Below are positions 52,860 to 64,000 of a DNA stretch of 64,000 nucleotides, in pieces (position 1 is the stretch's first letter; each line of letters begins with the position of its first letter). The position numbers were made by a program, and so were the translations under genes. Location of the stretch: positions 28,148,001-28,212,000 of the forward strand of contig OX597815.1 of assembly GCA_951406725.2 (NCBI GenBank), given 5' to 3'. Origin of the DNA: Octopus vulgaris. Its lineage: Eukaryota. Under the pieces are notes generated by a model. The model worked only from the letters and a program-made list of their open reading frames with translations, did not search any database and was not told the DNA's origin.

Positions 52860-53033
52860 GTTCCTTTCCCTTTTTCTTTTTTTCTTTTCCCTTTTTAAAA
52901 ATTTTTTTTCCTTTTACGATCCCTTTTGATCGAAAACCTACGCCACCTTTTTTTTTTTTCATCCCCCAAAAGAAAAGCTCTACCTTGTAACTTGTCCCAT
53001 CTGTGTGCAGCCCTGTGTGGCCAATAAAGAAAC
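52860..53033 (+). mobile_element. Retroelement 3' end with AATAAA inserted in a (TCTA/TCTG)n tract
   Basis: T-rich 3'UTR-like sequence ending gtgcagccctgtgtggccAATAAAgaaac, with tetranucleotide microsatellite on both sides. Confidence 0.5.
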
Positions 53034-54735
53034 TTATCTATCTATCTAGCTGTCTGTCTGTCTATCTAGCTATCTGTCGGTTTGTCTAGCTAGCTGTCTG
53101 TCTGTCTATCACACACACAGAGTCTATTTGAAGAGCAAGGCTAAATATCATCACCTTCATTTAACATCCACTTTTCTATGCTTGCATGTGTCAGATGAAT
53201 CTGTTGAAGCAGATTTCCTATGCTTAGATGTCGTTTCTGTCTTCAGCTCTCAACTGTTTCCAAGCAAGGTAAAATATACCCATGGCTAGAATATGTTTTT
53301 ACACAGAAGACTGGAAACAAACACCGTCGCTTGTATGATGGTGATGCTTGTTTACGACCATCATACAATGCCAAGAAAAGCACATGCATACACTTAAAAG
53401 CACATGCATACACACACGCACAACAATAGGTTCCTTCCATCAACTAAATCCACTCAGGCTGCTTTGATCAACCTGGAGTTATACTAAAAGACATCTGGGA
53501 TTGAACCCAAGATCATACGGTTTGGAAGTTAGCTTCTTAACCACTCAACCACATCTATGTTTATTAAATGCATGTATGTAAACTTGTTAGTGTCCAACTG
53601 CTTTAGCCAATAACATATACTACAACTCTTTAGACTTCATACTTATATAACAACATGCAACAACAATGCAATAGTCTTTTGAGAGAACATTTAATTGCGA
53701 ACTACACAAATTAGACTTAGATAACAATCTGAAACATAAATTTCTAATTTTGAGCCCCATGTCAACTTCTGGTCATGCTCAATAGCTTGGAAGAATTGCA
53801 ACTCTCCAAGTTTTAGTTAATAGGAAATACGGTGTAATTAAATAGTATTGCATTACCTTTATAGTAGTGAGATAAAATCTCAGAATGACAAATGTTTTTT
53901 CATTGCATGCATGTTTTAAAGTTATATAACTCACAGAAACATGAAACTAGATACAGTATTTGAAAATAGATTTGAGACATATTTTTACAATATATTCATT
54001 GTGTAGATCAGCTCTGATCAAACATATCTATCAGTCTGTCTATCTATCTATCAATCTCAACCCCCACCATCACACACACATATACAAAGTCATTTCAGCC
54101 ATGGCCATCCTACCAGTTATTTTTTGCTCTCCAACATGGTCCCAAGTTCAGTCCCACTGTTTGGCACCTTGGGCAAGTGCCTTCTGCTATTGCCCTGAGA
54201 TGACTAAAGCCTTGAATGTGAATTTGGTAGATGGACTACAGGACTACACTATTCCGTGTGTTCTTCCTTTTTAAGATAGTATGATGTAATTTAAGGGTAA
54301 GTTGACTGCTATTTCTGACAGGTCAATGAACCATGTAGAGGCTCCTTCATTGGAACAATAGATGCAGTGCTAATTACCTTTGCAGACGTTCCCAGACTGA
54401 TAGAATCATCATAGTGGATGCTCAAGTTGAACTGCTGTAAGATGAAGTCTATAGGGAAACAGTTAAAAGTACATAGGGTTGTAGATCTAGTGAGGGAAAA
54501 TTGTATCAGATCTGGAGGGTGAAACAGTAGGGATGATCAGGGGAAGAGAGAAGACATCAATTGGAAGGAAAATTAGTTAAGTTTACATAAAGTCTTTGTT
54601 GATGCATGCAGCAACGATATTGCTTTTGCTGAAAATCTCAATGGTGAAAAGAGTAGAGATGTGTGAAATAAAAGACATCTCTTATAGGTCTGGCTTTATA
54701 GAATCCTTATGGAAACTGTAGTAATGGTCATAAAA

Positions 54736-55165
54736 GGAATCTTTTCAGTTTGAACGGCAGTTTTTAACATAATTTCTAGGTAACTAAAAAATTTTAAACT
54801 TCGTATATTGGTAGAATGTGTTTATAAATCATCTTTTTCTCTCGGCTTTACTGATAAAATTCTATAGTTTGTAAGATATTTGTTGTTTTTTTTCTTCAAT
54901 TTCTGCAATTTCAACCAATCAGTGACGTCTATTGAGGTAAAAGATATTCTGTGCCGTATGAATATGTCCCTCGTTTAAGAAACAGATTGGGTTTATTTAC
55001 ATTTGTGAAGAAAAAAAGATACCCTTTCCCCCCAGCCCTAACCCTAACTAACCCTAACCCTAAAGCAGATTGAAATGCAATAGATCGATACTAGGGTCAT
55101 AATTATGGGTGACAATTTCATATGACACCGCTAGAAAAAACTGCCGTTCAAACCGAAAAGATCCC
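54736..55165. mobile_element. Non-autonomous DNA transposon with ~29-bp TIR, 6-bp TSD and internal (CCCTAA)n
   Basis: GGAATCTTTTCAGTTTGAACGGCAGTTTTT…AAAAACTGCCGTTCAAACCGAAAAGATCCC. ATAAAA is duplicated at 54730-54735 and 55166-55171. Confidence 0.85.
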
Positions 55166-55171
55166 ATAAAA

Positions 55172-55450
55172 GAGTCAAGGTGATAAAGGTGGGGTTTATG
55201 ATGGTTTTCATTGCTTCCGAGTAAGAGTGATAGATCAATAGTTAACAGATGGAGTGGTTGAACATTTTGGTAATGAGATATATCGAAGTATGTTTTCATA
55301 GATTGAGAATTGATTCTGATAGATAATGAAAGATTAAAGAATATGGTGATGATAGGAATCAGCTCTGTACTTTTTGAAGAGACGCAATAACAAACAGTTG
55401 AATTGCTGAAACCTGAAGTCACTGGACAGATGGTCTCCAGCATGCTGAGT
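55172..55450 (-). pseudogene. Decayed LINE reverse-transcriptase N-terminal region, probably continuing at ~54380-54730 beyond the MITE
   Basis: ORF 55060..55443 segment ELIPIITIFFNLSLS…MK resembles the non-LTR RT 'EL.P.L..LFN.SL..G..P..WK' motif. Confidence 0.5.
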
Positions 55451-55739
55451 TGCTTTTATCACATTTGATAAAGCAATAATAATGTGATGAAAAAATGATA
55501 AACCAGCTGAATGATTAATGTATGAGACAATTACGTTTACTCTTGCAGCTAAACAAAAAAAGATGAATCATTTCTACTTGAAAAAGGCAAACAAAAAAAA
55601 TCAAACTTTTTTTTTTTAATATAGAAAGATTGGTTCAGGCATTATCAAAACATCTGTGCATTACTGCAAAAATCTCAATCTCTGATCAGCATGGAAACAG
55701 TATGACTGAGAAAATAGTGGACTGTTGTATACATCTTTT

Positions 55740-56370
55740 ATTTATTACTTATTTCAGTCCGTGGTCATGCTGGAACACCACCTTCAAGAATCTTTAGTTG
55801 GATGAATCAAACCCAATACTTTTTTTTTTCTTTTTCAAGCCTGGTACTTATTCTATTGGTCTCTTTTGCCAAACTGCTAAGTTACAGGGGAGTAAACACA
55901 CTGACACTGGTTATCAAGTGGTGGTGGGGGACAAACACAGACACAAAGACACCCTCCCCCACGCACATATATATTGCTATATTTTGGGATGATCTTCTTT
56001 GCCAAATAAACACACACACACTATAGTGCATGTGTTTATTTAGCAAAATGAAAAAAAGATAACCATCCCGAAATATAACCATATCTGTTTTAACGCATGA
56101 TTTCACATCAGGAATCTTTTGAAACAAATTCATAAATGTATGTGTCTATATATATATTTATAATGTGACCGCATGTGTATCGTTGGTGATTATTTTTCCT
56201 CTGTCTTCCCTTCCTTGGATCTTTCTTTTTCCTATGTTTCTGATGAAGAGCTCCACTTGAAACGTTAAATCCTCCTTCTTTCTTTCCTTTCCTGAGCGTC
56301 CAATAACACTATACTTGTTCCACGTCCTTGCGTTGTTGTGTTTTCTCTTTGTGTTTTCATGTTTGGATTA

Positions 56371-56413
<43 letters not shown>

Positions 56414-56565
56414 CAGGCCTCCTTCAGTTTTTGTCTACCAAATCCACTCTTTGATTGACCCGAGACTATAGTAAAAGACACTTGCCTAAGTTGCTATGCA
56501 ATGGGACTGAACCAGGAACCATGTGATTGTGAAGCAAACTTCTTACTACACAGCCACACTTGCAT
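55740..56565 (-). mobile_element. SINE family A carrying two nested insertions in its microsatellite
   Basis: The 3' half (55740-55970) and 5' half (56410-56565) flank a small fold-back and a hammerhead-like element. Confidence 0.75.
56163..56374 (+). mobile_element. ~210-bp (TA)n-embedded element with a minimal hammerhead ribozyme motif
   Basis: 56236-56270 reads gttt-CTGATGA-A-GAGC-tcc-ACTT-GAAAC-GTT-aaat. Shares atcgttrgt upstream and ttcctgagyg…aacac downstream with the 46403 element. Confidence 0.6.
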
Positions 56566-57456
56566 AATTATTGCTGTTTAGTTTTAATTTTTGTTAGTCC
56601 AACCCATGCTAGCATGGAAATCAGATGTTAAATGATGATGATGATGTTTTTCCATGTTGCTATCGGTTACATAAGTCAGCAGTAATACATATCACCATTC
56701 CTCTTAATCCTGAATTATCTCATTTGTCAAACTCAATATTCTTAAATTCAATTTCGCCAGTTCTTCCTAAGACAAATACCAAGGGTATGTTTCAGACAGA
56801 GCACATGGTAATTTTTCAACCAGTAGATACCATTTATTCCCATTAAATGTCCAGAGTTCACACTGGTACCACTTCTGTACCTATTGGTTAATATCTTTCA
56901 TACCCAACCTTCCTCTTTCTCTCAGCCCACTTGTGCTCTGCTGAATCATAGAATCATGCACAAACCATTTTACCTCAGCCTCTACAAATCTTCAGTGTTT
57001 AAATACTATGCAACATAATACCCTTTCCACATGCCACTGTCATACCACCACTGCTACGATTACTGCTAGCACTGTTGCTGTTGTCATTGCTGCAGCTATT
57101 ACCCCCAACATCACCACTACTGCAGTAACTAGCACTAGTATTTTATGTCTGCTTTCCATTGTTAGCTTGGGTTGGATGGGTTTTCTAAGGCAGTAGTTTA
57201 TAAGTAGATACACTTACTGTTGCCAATCCTTTCACTCACTTATAACATATAAGGACAAGATTGAAGAAGAAAAAGGAGCCAACAAGGAACTTCGAAGCCT
57301 CATATATTGAAAGATCAAGTTATGACAAAAATACAGAGCTGTAACAAAACTAATTAGGAAGAGAATTAAATGAGAGGAGTTCCCAGCAAAGAGAAAGCCA
57401 CTATAATTAGCATTCATTGACCTAAAATGGGCTTTATAAGGTTACAATACTTTGTG

Positions 57457-57710
57457 AAGGCACATGGCTTAATGGTTAGGGTGTTGCATGCTTGATTGCA
57501 AGATTATGGGTTTGATTCCCAGACCAGCTGGTGTGTTGTATTCTTGAGCAATACACTTCATTTCACATTGCTCCAGTTCACTCAGCTCTAAATGAATAAC
57601 CCTGCAGCAAACTGACATCCCATTCAAAGGATATGCTGTGGTTATGGTCACTTATATACCATGGAAATCAGGTAATCAGCCCTATGATTTCTAGGACTCA
57701 AAACAGTAAT
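57457..57710 (+). mobile_element. tRNA-derived SINE, fourth family, diverged
   Basis: A-box-like tggcttaatggtta and B-box-like ggtttgattccc, followed by ttgagcaatacactt…cactcagct. Confidence 0.6.
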
Positions 57711-59645
57711 GTCCATACTCTGTATTTTGGCTGTCACTTTGTTAACTAGGAGGGAGATAAATGGACAGTGAGAGTTGTACAAGCCCTGTCCACAGGAAGA
57801 TAACAATTAGCAGTAAGTTCATTGATGAATTTAGCATGTAGCTAGATATCCATTGGGGTTTTTTCTGAGCTTTCTTCTGTTTGTTGTAGCCCCCCAAATC
57901 ATAACAGATGACTTTAGGACTATAAACAAAAGAAGCTTACATGAAAGCAAGTGCACAAAAGTAGATAATCATAAGGATATCTGTGAAATAACTTTTTCAA
58001 AAGCTTGGAAAACTCCCTAGAAGTGTTGATAGCATTTTATTACCTTATGACCTAATTAGCAATCATCATCAACATCGTTTAACGTCTGCTTTCCATGCTA
58101 GCATAGGTTGGACGATTTGACTGAGGACTGGCGAACCAGATGGCTGCACCAGGCTCCAATCTTGATCTGGCAGAGTTTCTACAGCTGGATGCCCTTCCTA
58201 ATGCCAACCACTCCAAGAGTGTAGTGGGTGCTTTTACATGATACTGGCATTTAGGGCAATAGATGCAGGTATTCTGAAACCATAGCAGCCAAAGTAAGCC
58301 GAGGATAGAAGAAGATATTAGCTCTGGTAGCAATGAAAGAATTAATTCTCTACATGAATGAAGGACAGAGTGTGGAATGCCATGTTACCAAGAAGGAAAA
58401 CAGAAGTGAAAGAGAAAACTGTTGGTACAGATATGTCATGGGTATGGAGAATGAGAGTTTGGTGAAAAAGGGACAAAAGAAGCAAATGAAAGGAATTTGA
58501 GAAAAAAGAAGACTGAGGAAGACACAAGAAGAAATGGTGAAGGGCTGCAACAAATTGTGAGATGCTATGTGTAAAAAAAAAGTACACACTCAGGTGAGAT
58601 AAAACTTTGCTATAATATACATACATGCATGCATACATACATATATACATATTCTTACAGGAGAATCTGGATAAACTGGGATTTTCATAAAGAGAAATCA
58701 ACCAGCTCATTTGTACATTACAAGTGCAATCTGTGAGTGGAACAGTAAAAATATACAAGACTTTTCTCAAGTCCTAAATGTGAAATTGTCTGTGTCAGCT
58801 ACATCCCAAAAATGGAGCCTTGTATCTTTGTTGGAAACCGGCTCCCTCCTCAATGGAAGATTAGCAATAATTTAAAAAATAGAAGAGACACACGCATACA
58901 TATATAAATACATACACATACATGGGTATGTGTGTGTGTTTGTGCGTAGTAGTAGTAGTAGTAGTAATAATGATAATAATAATAATAATAATAATCCTTT
59001 CTACAATAGGTAAAAGGCCCAAAATTTTGTGGGAGGGGGATTGTTGATTACGTCGACCCCAGTGTTTCACTGGTACTTAATTTATCGACCCTGAAAGGAT
59101 GAAAGGCAAAGTCAACCTTGAGAGTATTTGAACTCATAACCTAAAGAAGGAGAAAATTCCACTAAGCATTTTGCTTGGCATGCTAACCATTCTGTATATA
59201 TTTTATCTGCAAATTTCTATTGTATTCAATAGATAAATAACCTCATTTTGGAAACAATTACCACAGTGAAAATATTACCCTCCCACATATTGGTTTGACA
59301 AGATAACAAGCAATGCTGTCTTTGTCTTAATAGCAACTTGTTGTCTCTGAGTACAGTTTCCTGATTTAGTTACTTCCTCACATATATCTGCAGCTTGAAA
59401 GTCTTTGAATAATAAATAAAGACAGAATTTTTCTTCAGATCTTGCGAGATCATTCTATTCAACATAGAAGAAGAACAACAACAACATTCATTGTTTGCAT
59501 CATTATCATCACCACCACCACCACCACCACCACCACCACCACCACCATCACCATCACCACCATCTAAACTCCTAACATTTTCACTGTTGTGCCTCTGAAG
59601 AGATTTTTACTCAGTCAGAAAGCCTTTGTTTTTTTTTATTAATTA

Positions 59646-60037
59646 CTAGCAGTATCGCCCGGCGTTGCTCGGGTTTGTAAGGGAAATAACTATATAAGCA
59701 TTTTTAGAGATGTAAAGTATAATAGCCATCTCAATATGGCTAACCACAAAGGGGGGGGTGCTGTAGCTTTTTACGTTCTGAGATTTAATAATAAATTTTT
59801 AGAGAGTTACTTCCCTTATATATGCCCAAAAATGCATTAAAAATGGGAAAAATTGAAGGTAAATTTTTTTATAAATCGTAGACTCATCGTAGACACGCGC
59901 TAATACCCAGAAGGGCTCAATATGAATCACAACTATAAGATATCCGGTTTTAGTTAAACTGCACCGCAAAATGTGGGAGTAGTTAGGAATCTAAATCGTA
60001 GGAGACAGACACACAACTTCACTTTTATATATAAAGA
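59646..60037 (-). mobile_element. Non-autonomous Helitron (Lep1/HINE-like architecture)
   Basis: Minus strand starts A|TCTTTATATAT and ends …CCCGAGCAACGCCGGG(hairpin)CGATACTG-CTAG|T. This gives a 5' TC, a 3' CTAG, a subterminal GC hairpin, insertion between A and T, and no TSD. Confidence 0.8.
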
Positions 60038-60359
60038 TTTTCCTTTTTTTTTGTTTGTATAGAGAAAGAGGCTATGCCCAAGGCCTTTTCAGAACTTCTG
60101 AGACCAGTGAGATTGATACAGTTACTGTTCCTATTGAACAATTGCAAAACAATCGCAAAACAATTGCAAAGTAAGGCAAAGAAAAATTCTAGATGATTGA
60201 CATTCTAGGGAAGAAGAACAAGACCTAATGTTTACTGCTGTCCCTGGGATGTGCGTTCTCCCTTTAGCTTTGTAGTGAGTTAGTTGTTAGTGAAGGTCTG
60301 AAGAGAAAGGTCAGTCTTTGTGATATAGTCTTTATTATACTGAATATATGTGTTCACCA

Positions 60360-60800
60360 GGAAAGATTCTCAATGATAGTAAGGTCTAGTGCTTGTAGTG
60401 ATATTCAGGGTTTTGTTTGCAGTTCATGTAAAGGTGGGGGTTACAACATTGTTTTCTTGATATGCACAATCATTGTGTCTGTTCTGATAAAGAGGATAAG
60501 ATGGGCATGCCCCTGCTGGAGCATGTTTTTGATATCTATGTTCATGGAGTTGGTGCAGGTTTGCATGAGGTGTCTATGTTGCATGTGGATGATGCTTGAG
60601 TGTAAAAAATTAGGAAGGAATAGAAGGGGAGTATGCTATGCATAGGACAAGTAGATCATTGATGTACAGAAGGAAAAATGTGAAAGATAAAACAGCCCCT
60701 TGGAACACACCAGATCTAATAGTGTGCATCAGGGAAAGCTTGATCTCAAAACACACCAGGAATTGACAGGAAGCAACTCATCCAAAAAAGGAGAGCTGGA
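60360..60800 (-). pseudogene. Decayed LINE RT core
   Basis: Minus strand gives SGV(F/P)QG (~60720-60698) followed by LYINDL (~60670-60653), the RT motifs B/C, with disruptions. Confidence 0.55.
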
Positions 60801-63800
60801 AGGAGCCTCGTGTTTAATATAACAGATAAATATTCATCAACAAATTTAGGCTTACACTATTTGAAATGGTAGATCTTAAGGTAGTATTCTCTCGTATAAA
60901 ATTACAATGGCCATAGCTAGAACACTGATCAAATAGTAACTTTCAACTCAAACTGGCAAGTTAGATATCTTGTATCTGCTTATCCTGAGTATTATACCTA
61001 TTTTCCTAAGCTTCCAGTTGGTTATCCCTATTCCATAACTTCTCAAGTCAACTGGGCTGAACAACAATGCTATCACTGCTACCTCCATCTCCACCTTCTG
61101 TTTCTTCTTTGTTCTTGTTCACTATTTAAACATATCTGAGGTTGTTTAGCTTCAAATCAGTCCTGATAAAGCAGGTAACCTTGCTATATTTTGTTCAAAC
61201 TACTTTATCCAGTATATCCTTTTGTTTAAGTAAGGCGTGATCTGGGGGAGATTCTGCTACTATTTCGATCAGATCAATTGACTACATACCAAAAAACTTA
61301 TTGCAACCATTTGTTTACAAACAATGTTGCTCTTCATATAGAATGGACATTGTTAATGAGAATCAAATAGATTTCATCATTAAGGTTAGCAACAGTGTTG
61401 ATCAAAAATAGCTAATTTCAGAAAACAGTTTAGTGAACAGCAAGTCTAGTTTAAGTCCAATAAAGATTTAACTTAAATACAATATGGAAAATCCATCTTA
61501 TGATGGATTTTGAAGATACTTTTATGTTCAGTTGACAAGTGATATATTGGAGACAAATGTCAATAAGACTGACTGCATTTAATCAATGGAAACCATGAGA
61601 ATGATGTAACAACACACTTCAAGGTCAAACACAACATAAATAGTACAAGCAACTACATACTAATTCACCAATGAAAACAAACACACCTATAACTCTCAAG
61701 AACAATATAAATAACTTAAAATATCTATATCATCATCATCATCATCATTGTTTAACGTCTGCTTTCCATGCTAGCATAGGTTGGACGGTTTGACTGAGGG
61801 CTGGCGAACCAGATGGCTGCACCAAGCTCCAATCTTGATCTGGCAGAGTTTCTACAGCTGGATGTCCTTCCTAACGCCAACCACTCTGAGAGTATAGTGG
61901 GTGCTTTTATGTGCCACCGGCACGGGGGCCAGTCAGACGGTACTGGCAACAACCTCGCTTGAATCTTTTTACACATGCCACCAGCACAGGTGCCAGTAAG
62001 GCGATGCTGGTGAAATGTGTATTGAAATGATGACAATGATAGAGGCTGGGATTTGTGTGTGTGCAAATGAGTGCTTATATCCTGACAAACCCGTTTGTCA
62101 GGATATCAAGCCCCCAAACTTTGACTGACTACCCTGCATACTGCTCCACCATCATTCTACCTCCTCCAACCTTTACAAAGTCTATGTATGAGAGACACAT
62201 TTATTCTCTCTCTTTCATATTCTCTTCCCCTTAAACTTTCCATCCATACTCACTTTTATAATGTGAGATTGCCCTGGACACCCTCCGATACAACCCACCT
62301 CATCGTCCTTATCACTCTGACCTTTTTTTTCTCACAAATCACCAATATTAATCTCTTCTGTACTCCATCCCCCAATAATGACCACTTCGTTACTCTCCAA
62401 TACCAACTCCTCACAACTATAAATCTATTCCTCTCATCTTACTTGACCATCTCTCATCATCTTATCTAAAAACTATTACACACACTCTCCTGTCTCTTTC
62501 ATTTATAGGGACCTCTTTAAGCACTTTAGCCATGAGAAAACACCCAGTACATTCTGTAGAAGAGGTTGGCATAGGATGGATAACCAACCATAGAAACCAT
62601 GCCGAAAGATACTTGGTCCTCTGATTTACTGCATTCTCTCAAACCATGGCAACAAGGAGAGTGGTTGTTAAATGATGCTGCTGATGATATATGTGTGTCT
62701 GTATAGATATGTGTGTGTGTATGTGTGTGTGTGTGTGTGTGAATGTTTATTTGAATGTGTCTTTGTGTTCACACTGTGTAGGTAATGATGTTATCGTTTA
62801 CATCCCATGTAAATAATATCCTGTAGATTGGCAGTTTTGGCATATGAAGACCATTGGGATAAAATAGCTTATTTGAAGAACTCGTAAGGATTTATAACAG
62901 GAAGGGCATCTGGTCATAGGATACTACTTTAAGTTTCCTTTAACCCATGCTAGCAAAGAAAAAGCTAACAAAAAAAAAAACGATGATGATGATGATGACA
63001 CCTATATAGGATTTCAGTTGGTTTGATCTTTGAACATCATTAGGTTTGTTATTCCTAGATGCATACCGAGTACCATGGATGCGTACATAATACCATGCTT
63101 GATTAAAACTAAGAATCTAGGCCACTGACATATGTACGATTAATGTTGCATTTTTCATTTATTTAAATTTATTTTTCACTAAAGACAGCTATACTGAACT
63201 GATATCAGCTGAATGTTACAGATACCGTTTCTTTGATTTGTTTAAGTTTCCATAGTGTTTCTCTACCAATTATAGAAATTTCATTCCATAGAAATGTATG
63301 ACTTCTTTTATCACACTATTCCAAGGTGAATAAAAAAAATCTGTAAAAAATAAAACTGCTTAGTTTAATTGGAAATTTCATAATACTGATCATCCAGTTA
63401 GATGACATTTAATATTTTGCTAAACTATAAACTGTTTGGATTATTATTATTATTATTATTCTTGAGCGTGATTGTTGCCAGAGCAGCTAACTGGTGTTCG
63501 TGCCGGAGGCACCTACAAGGCACCATTCGAGTGTGATCGTTACCAGAGGAGCCTTACTGGCACTTGTGCCGGTGTGCAGGTGACATGTAAAAAAAAAAAT
63601 GATTTTCCATGACTGTTGCCAGTACTGCCTGACTGGCCCTCATGCTGGTGGCACATAAAAACACCCATTACATTCTCAGGGTGGTTGGCATTAGGAAGGG
63701 CATCCAGCTGTAGAAACTCTGTCAAATCAAAATTGGAGCCTGGTGCAGCCATCTGCTTCACCAGTCCTCAGTCAAATCGTCCAACCCATGCTAGCATGGA

Positions 63801-63888
63801 AAACGGATGTTAAACGACAATGATGATGATGATTATTAATTCAAGATAAGTGAAAATAGAAGCAATTTTTGCAGTGTAGACTGTAAAT

Positions 63889-63961
63889 GTTAGTTAGGGT
63901 TAGAGTAAGGGTAAAGGTTAGGGTAAGGGTTAAACTTAGGATTAGGGTTAAGGATGGGGTT
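63889..63961 (+). repeat. Degenerate (TTAGGG)n-like tract
   Basis: ttagttagggttagagtaagggtaaaggttagggtaagggttaaacttaggattagggtt. Confidence 0.75.
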
Positions 63962-64000
63962 TAACATCTACAATATTACATTTTAGGGGATACCTTATCT

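Overview
AT-rich, microsatellite- and SINE-dense animal genomic DNA. The SINE families and the channel sequence point to a cephalopod, probably Octopus (recognition, not a database result). The only host gene I can support is an internal part of a Slowpoke/BK (Slo1, KCNMA1-type) Ca2+- and voltage-gated K+ channel on the minus strand. It has six in-phase GT-AG exons (32810-32746, 26508-26412, 19272-19161, 16792-16641, 13546-13376, 310-219) encoding S1 through the pore, S6 and the C-linker. The gene runs off the left edge, and I could not find the upstream S0-region exons, so 32.8-64 kb is probably one long intron. The rest is intronic repeat: three abundant SINE-like families, Dong/R4, CR1, RTE and other LINE remnants, hAT and piggyBac MITEs, a non-autonomous Helitron, Penelope-like fold-back insertions with 12-bp target duplications, and ~200-bp (TA)n-embedded elements with minimal hammerhead-ribozyme motifs. 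Best leads are (i) channel substitutions at conserved sites, one of which A-to-I editing could revert, (ii) many intronic hairpins that could be ADAR substrates, (iii) the hammerhead mini-elements, and (iv) a MITE carrying (CCCTAA)n. Nothing here proves a new system. Nearly all ORFs in the supplied track are microsatellite or repeat artefacts. Repeat boundaries were read by eye and are approximate unless a TSD is quoted.
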